From Ruminococcaceae bacterium UBA1785 (lineage in GTDB: Bacteria; Bacillota; Clostridia; Oscillospirales; Acutalibacteraceae), in contig DCGF01000098.1 in NCBI GenBank assembly GCA_002314555.1, forward strand, positions 4,813 to 34,215: DNA of 29,403 nt, written 5' to 3'. The position numbers and the translations under genes are program-made. Positions 25,280 through 29,403 of this stretch are shown piece by piece (positions within the stretch are counted from its first letter, which is position 1; each line of letters begins with the position of its first letter). A model generated the notes under the pieces. It had not been told where the DNA came from. It was given only the letters and a program-made list of their open reading frames with translations, and searched no databases.

Positions 25280-26039
25280 CGTTACCACCGCCTGTTGCAA
25301 GAGTTGTCAATGCATCTGTTATCTGCTGATACATTTGATCACGAGTCTTGTCGCCTCTATATATTTGATGGAATACAACACCATCCTTAATAAAGAGTAC
25401 TCTCTTTGCGTGACTTGCAGCCTTTGTGGAATGGGTTACCATAAGTATGGTCTGTCCATCTTCATTAATTTTGTTAAAGAGGTTTAAAAGGCTGTCAGAA
25501 GCTTTTGAGTCAAGTGCACCAGTCGGCTCATCAAGCAGAATAATGTGAGGATTTGTTATTAAAGCACGAGCCACAGCCGCTCTCTGCTTCTGACCGCCTG
25601 AAACCTCAAATGGATATTTATCGAGCAGCTCCTCTATTCCGAGTTGCTTTGCTAGAGGTTCAATTCTAGTCTGCATCTCTGAATATGGTTTACTAGATAA
25701 TACAAGTGGAAGGAAGATGTTATCTTTTAAAGTGAATGTATCAAGAAGATTAAAATCTTGGAATACAAATCCTAAGTTCTCGCGGCGAAAAGCTGCGAGA
25801 TCTTTTTCTTTTATATCAGTGGTCTTTTTGCCACCTAAGATGATTTCTCCCTTTGTTGGTTTATCAAGGGAAGCTAAGATATTAAGAAGAGTTGTTTTAC
25901 CAGAACCAGACTCACCCATTATAGCTACATACTCGCCTTCCTCGACTGAGAAAGAGACATCTTTTAGTGCTTCAACATTATTAGCACCAGATTTAGTTGT
26001 ATAGATTTTTTGAAGGTTTTTAACCTCTAAAAGTGTCAT
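25272..26039 (-). CDS. BceA-like ABC transporter ATP-binding protein
   Basis: GESGSGKTT, VFQDFNLL, VSGGQKQR, LLDEPTGALD, MVTHS; AAGGAGG RBS. Confidence 0.96.
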   Translation of the reverse strand: MTLLEVKNLQKIYTTKSGANNVEALKDVSFSVEEGEYVAIMGESGSGKTTLLNILASLDKPTKGEIILGGKKTTDIKEKDLAAFRRENLGFVFQDFNLLDTFTLKDNIFLPLVLSSKPYSEMQTRIEPLAKQLGIEELLDKYPFEVSGGQKQRAAVARALITNPHIILLDEPTGALDSKASDSLLNLFNKINEDGQTILMVTHSTKAASHAKRVLFIKDGVVFHQIYRGDKTRDQMYQQITDALTTLATGGGNVE

Positions 26040-26110
26040 TTAAATGACCTCCTTTTCCGTTTTACAACCACAGTATAAGGCAAGTCCAAAAGTGGTGCTA
26101 TCTATTCGTC

Positions 26111-26153
26111 TTACAAAAGAGTAGAGCAACCTTACTATTTTGTAAGATTGCTC
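26111..26153. promoter_or_regulatory. Tandem BceR-type operator (main and secondary site) upstream of the ABC transporter promoter
   Basis: TTACT-ATTT-TGTAA at 26132-26145 within the extended dyad 26124-26153, and TTACA-AAAG-AGTAG at 26111-26124; 21-bp offset. Downstream -10 TATACT (26077-26072) has a poor -35. Confidence 0.7.
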
Positions 26154-26158
26154 AAGCT

Positions 26159-26785
26159 TTATGTTCCTATAAGGAAGTTGAGAGCTGCATTATCGCCTAG
26201 TTTTATAGCTCCACTAAAGACCAAACAGTAAAGTGCGATAACAAAAGGTTTAATCAAAATTACCGATGCGATGAATGTTTTAAAGTCCTGTTTTCCAAGC
26301 CCACTGAAATAAACAAAGATGTCATCTGGGAAAAGTGGGATGGAAATTATAAGCGCATAGAAGAGACTGTAGCTCTTTCTACCCTCAATTTTTTCAACAC
26401 ATTTGTTATATGCTTTTTCAGAAATTAGACCTTTAACGAAAGCATGTCCATAGGTTTTTCCAATCCAGTAACCGATTATGCATCCGATGACATTTCCAAC
26501 ATATACATATACGAAACCGTGAACCGGTCCAAAGATTAAGACAGCTGCTGCAACAAACACTGGAACAGGAAATGCAGGTGCTATTACGAGGAGAATTCTA
26601 ATAAGTACAAAAACTATAGGTGCTAGTATTCCAAATCTTCCAAGGAAGTCACTTAGAGTATCAACCGAATCAAAATAGCCATTAACTCGACCGATTACCA
26701 TAAGTACTATTAAAAATAGAATCAATACTAAGACTATAGCGCTTAGTATTTTCTTAAGTCGTCTTGCGTTTTGTTCTTGAGTCAT
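26159..26785 (-). CDS. DedA/VTT (TVP38/TMEM64) family membrane protein
   Basis: FPVPVFVAAAVLIFGPVHG...GNVIG..IGYWIGK.YG, IPLFPDDIFVYFSGL...FKTFI: VTT domain pattern. Confidence 0.9.
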   Translation of the reverse strand: MTQEQNARRLKKILSAIVLVLILFLIVLMVIGRVNGYFDSVDTLSDFLGRFGILAPIVFVLIRILLVIAPAFPVPVFVAAAVLIFGPVHGFVYVYVGNVIGCIIGYWIGKTYGHAFVKGLISEKAYNKCVEKIEGRKSYSLFYALIISIPLFPDDIFVYFSGLGKQDFKTFIASVILIKPFVIALYCLVFSGAIKLGDNAALNFLIGT

Positions 26786-26856
26786 GACGAAGACCTCTTG
26801 CTCTTTATCTTTTCACTCAAATTTTTTATGAAAACCGTGAGTACAAGTATTTCCAT
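26782..26856 (-). CDS. Putative 24-aa leader ORF MEILVLTVFIKNLSEKIKSKRSSS
   Basis: AGGAG plus 7 nt plus ATG at 26856; TGA overlaps the dedA ATG (ATGA). Too short for the ORF track. Confidence 0.4.
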   Translation of the reverse strand: MEILVLTVFIKNLSEKIKSKRSSS

Positions 26857-26947
26857 AAAGTTACTCCTATTGCTTCACTTTTCACTGTAACTAACTGTAA
26901 TGATACTCATAGTTTTTACAAAGTAAATAGTCTTAATAAAACTGTAA

Positions 26948-26981
26948 GAAAAAAGTAAGAGACCGGGATTATTCCCGGTCT
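26948..26981 (-). terminator. Intrinsic terminator of metG-tatD-dusB, overlapping the dusB stop
   Basis: agaccggga / tcccggtct stem with the stop codon in the loop; minus-strand tail CTTACTTTTTT. Confidence 0.65.
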
Positions 26982-27949
26982 GCTTCAATAACTTTTATAG
27001 CAAGTTCTGTCAGTTCTTCCATAGTTGAGAGCCTTCCAATATCAGCTCTAAACTGTGCAGCACCGCGAACACCTCTCACATACCAAGCGGCGTGTTTGCG
27101 TGCCTCTTTCATACCGATTTCTTCACCCTTATACTCACAGATCTTTTGAACGTGATTTATCATTACACGCATAATCTCAGACATTGGTGGTTCGGGGATG
27201 ATGCGAAGTTCAGGAGAAAGATATGCGTTAATCTGCTCAAAGACCCAAGGTCTGCCCTGCGCACCACGGCCGACAGCCACAGCGTCACAGCCTGTGCGCT
27301 CAAGCATCACTGATGCTGTTGGGCCGTCTATGATGTCGCCGTTACCGATAACAGGTATGCTCACGGCTTTCTTAACGGCTGCTATAGCATCATAGTCAAT
27401 GCCGGGAGCATACATCTGCTCCTTTGTGCGGCCGTGCACTGTAACGGCGGCCACACCGACATCCTCCATACGACGAGCAAACTCAACACAGTTTATATGT
27501 TCTTTATCCCAACCTGTACGGAACTTAACTGTGACTGGTATGTCAGTATTATCAAGTTCGGATACTACTGCCCTAGCTATATCCTGTGCAAGGACTGGGT
27601 TTTTCATGAGGCTAGCGCCTCCACCGTTACCAGCAATTTTTGGAGCTGGACATCCCATGTTTATATCTATCCAGTTTGGATTAAACTCTAATGCATTCCT
27701 TGCGGCCTCTGCAAGTATTTTTGGGTCGTCTCCAAAAATTTGAACCGCTGCTGGGCGTTCTGCGTCTGAGAGCATTAAGAGAGCTTTGCTCTTTCTATCT
27801 CCCATGGTGAAGCCTTTGGCGCTGACCATCTCAGATGTCACGCCGGCTGCACCGTAGCTCACGCAGAGCTCACGAAAGGCGCGGTCAGCCACGCCGGCCA
27901 TAGGGGCCAGCAGCGCTTTTCCTTCAATTGTCAGTTTGCCAATATTCAT
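26969..27949 (-). CDS. dusB: tRNA-dihydrouridine synthase DusB
   Basis: LAPMAGV, VQIFG, IDINMGCPAPK, GGASLM, TVKFRTG, VHGRT, IGNGDI, GRGAQGRPW. Confidence 0.95.
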   Translation of the reverse strand: MNIGKLTIEGKALLAPMAGVADRAFRELCVSYGAAGVTSEMVSAKGFTMGDRKSKALLMLSDAERPAAVQIFGDDPKILAEAARNALEFNPNWIDINMGCPAPKIAGNGGGASLMKNPVLAQDIARAVVSELDNTDIPVTVKFRTGWDKEHINCVEFARRMEDVGVAAVTVHGRTKEQMYAPGIDYDAIAAVKKAVSIPVIGNGDIIDGPTASVMLERTGCDAVAVGRGAQGRPWVFEQINAYLSPELRIIPEPPMSEIMRVMINHVQKICEYKGEEIGMKEARKHAAWYVRGVRGAAQFRADIGRLSTMEELTELAIKVIEADRE

Positions 27950-27973
27950 TTAAACACCCAATGAAAAATAAAA

Positions 27974-28744
27974 CTATTCTATATTTAAAAACTGTTTTGC
28001 ATTCTTATTTGTGATATCAAGCACTTCCTGTGTGCTTAAAGCTTTGATTTCGGCGATTTTTTCTGCGACATAGGAAATTAGACTGGAGTCATTTCTCTGC
28101 CCTCTAAATGGCGTTGGAGCCATATAAGGGCAGTCTGTCTCTAAAAGAATACTTTCGATAGGAATAGCCTCCACAACCTCTACTGCCTTCCTAGCATTCT
28201 TAAATGTTACTACTCCGCCCACGCCTATGTAGAATCCAAGTTTTACATATTCTTTAGCCATCTCAGCAGAGCCACTAAAGCAGTGAACAACACCCTTTGG
28301 TCTCATCTCTTTTAAGATGTTAAATGTATCCTCGTGGGCATCACGGTCGTGAACTATAACTGGAAGGTTAAGTTCTTTTGCCATTTCTATCTGTCTTTTA
28401 AAGAGGTCAATCTGTTCTTCTCTTGGCGCACCGTCCTCATAGTGATAATCAAGCCCGATTTCACCTACAGCTTTAGCCTTTGGTTCATTCTTTAAAAGAT
28501 CTTTTATAACATCTAAGTCACCTTTACGCTCATCCGATAGATCCTCCGGATGGAATCCCATAGCACAGTAAATGTAGTCATATTTTTGTGCAAGCTGAAG
28601 ACTGCGGTACGAGGACATAAGGTTCGTACCACAGGTTAAAACATGACTTACGCCTTTATTTTGAAGAAGACCGAGAAGTTTTTCTCGGTCTCCACTAAAG
28701 GCTTCGTCATCATAATGTGCATGAGTGTCGAAGATGTTTTCCAT
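27974..28744 (-). CDS. tatD: TatD family hydrolase (nuclease)
   Basis: DTHAH, VGEIGLDY, IVHDRDAH, VVHCFSG, LLETDCPY; follows metG as in many Firmicutes (TAATG overlap). Confidence 0.95.
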   Translation of the reverse strand: MENIFDTHAHYDDEAFSGDREKLLGLLQNKGVSHVLTCGTNLMSSYRSLQLAQKYDYIYCAMGFHPEDLSDERKGDLDVIKDLLKNEPKAKAVGEIGLDYHYEDGAPREEQIDLFKRQIEMAKELNLPVIVHDRDAHEDTFNILKEMRPKGVVHCFSGSAEMAKEYVKLGFYIGVGGVVTFKNARKAVEVVEAIPIESILLETDCPYMAPTPFRGQRNDSSLISYVAEKIAEIKALSTQEVLDITNKNAKQFLNIE

Positions 28745-29403
28745 TATCTAAACTTTGCTCCCGTTTCGAAGTCATCTACAAAGAGTACCTTTGCGCCACC
28801 GTCTGCTGTGTCAGCAGCAATAATCATACCCTGGCTCTCTACTCCGCAGAGTGTTGCAGGTTTAAGGTTTGCTACGACTACAACTTTATGACCGATAAGG
28901 TCCTCAGGTGTATACCATTTTGCAATACCAGATGCCACTGTGCGTTCACCGATGCCATCATCAAGTGTGAGTTTTAAGAGTTTCTTTGCCTTTGGAATAG
29001 GCTCGCAAGCTTTTACTTCTGCTACACGGAGTTCAACCTTTGCAAAATCGTCGATTGCGATTTCAGGAAGACCAACAATACCTGTTTTAGCGTTGTTTGC
29101 CTTTTCAGCTGCAGCTGCTTTTTCCTGACGCTCAGCAACTGTCTTAATCATCTCTTCTTTATCTACACGAGCAAAAAGAGGAGTTGCCTCATTAACTTTA
29201 ATGCCAGCCTCTAAAACTCCAAAGTTTTGAAGTTCGTCATAGCTATTACCATTCATGTTAGTCTGTGCGAAAATCTTGTCAGAAGTCTCAGGCATAAATG
29301 GCTTAATCATTACTGCGAGATATCTAATAGCCTCGAGGAGGTTATAAAGAACTGTACCAAGGCGCTCTTTTTGTGCTTCATCCTTAGCGAGTGCCCAAGG
29401 AGC
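28744..29403 (-). CDS. metG: Methionyl-tRNA synthetase, C-terminal part (start beyond window end)
   Basis: Frame stays open to the window edge (APWALAKD...LGTVLYNLLEAIR...PFMPETS), then tRNA-binding domain IDDFAKVELRVAEV...RTVASGIA...NLKPA.LCGVESQGM. Confidence 0.93.
   Translation of the reverse strand, partial: APWALAKDEAQKERLGTVLYNLLEAIRYLAVMIKPFMPETSDKIFAQTNMNGNSYDELQNFGVLEAGIKVNEATPLFARVDKEEMIKTVAERQEKAAAAEKANNAKTGIVGLPEIAIDDFAKVELRVAEVKACEPIPKAKKLLKLTLDDGIGERTVASGIAKWYTPEDLIGHKVVVVANLKPATLCGVESQGMIIAADTADGGAKVLFVDDFETGAKFR

Noticed and set aside
26880-26960. Short TTACAG/CTTAC repeats upstream of dedA as further BceR sites
   Set aside because: They do not form the TNACA-N4-TGTAA dyad and partly coincide with the dusB terminator tail; too short and AT-rich to support.
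27092-27743. Four plus-strand ORFs opposite dusB
   Set aside because: Expected from stop-codon scarcity in the locally GC-rich patches; no coding evidence of their own.
1-29403. CRISPR array, IS element, prophage, toxin-antitoxin or anti-phage system
   Set aside because: No spaced direct repeats, transposase, terminal inverted repeats or defence-type domains seen; TatD, Smr and YbeY nucleases sit in ordinary housekeeping contexts.

Overview
A 29.4 kb chromosomal segment of a low-GC (about 40%) anaerobic Bacillota, probably Clostridia (Oscillospirales-like, gut or rumen type; this is inferred from protein style and gene order). It is mostly core genome, and nearly all genes lie on the minus strand. 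Read in transcription order from the right, the main blocks are: metG(partial)-tatD-dusB; a DedA/VTT gene preceded by a possible 24-aa leader ORF; a BceAB-BceRS peptide-antibiotic module; a second OmpR-type two-component system followed by PAP2-dtd-DUF1653; a plus-strand lipase; polA-rimI-tsaD-MBL-tRNA-Arg(CCG); lipoprotein plus diguanylate cyclase; a plus-strand small Cys4 protein plus DUF1015; phoH-ybeY-era-mutS2-recO; and ylxM-ffh-rpsP(partial; missed by the ORF track). I found no integrase, transposase, prophage, CRISPR array or recognisable defence system, and I cannot claim a clearly new system. The best leads are: (1) a very basic metallo-beta-lactamase-fold protein with a degenerate second metal site, coupled to tsaD and followed 11 nt later by an atypical tRNA-Arg(CCG); (2) a DedA + BceABRS + TCS + PAP2 cluster that looks like an undecaprenyl-phosphate recycling and stress unit, with readable BceR-type operators; (3) paired dyads flanking the ylxM-ffh promoter; (4) a well-formed 24-codon ORF coupled to dedA; (5) short high-GC3 patches inside era, recO and dusB. 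All codon counts were done by hand and are approximate.
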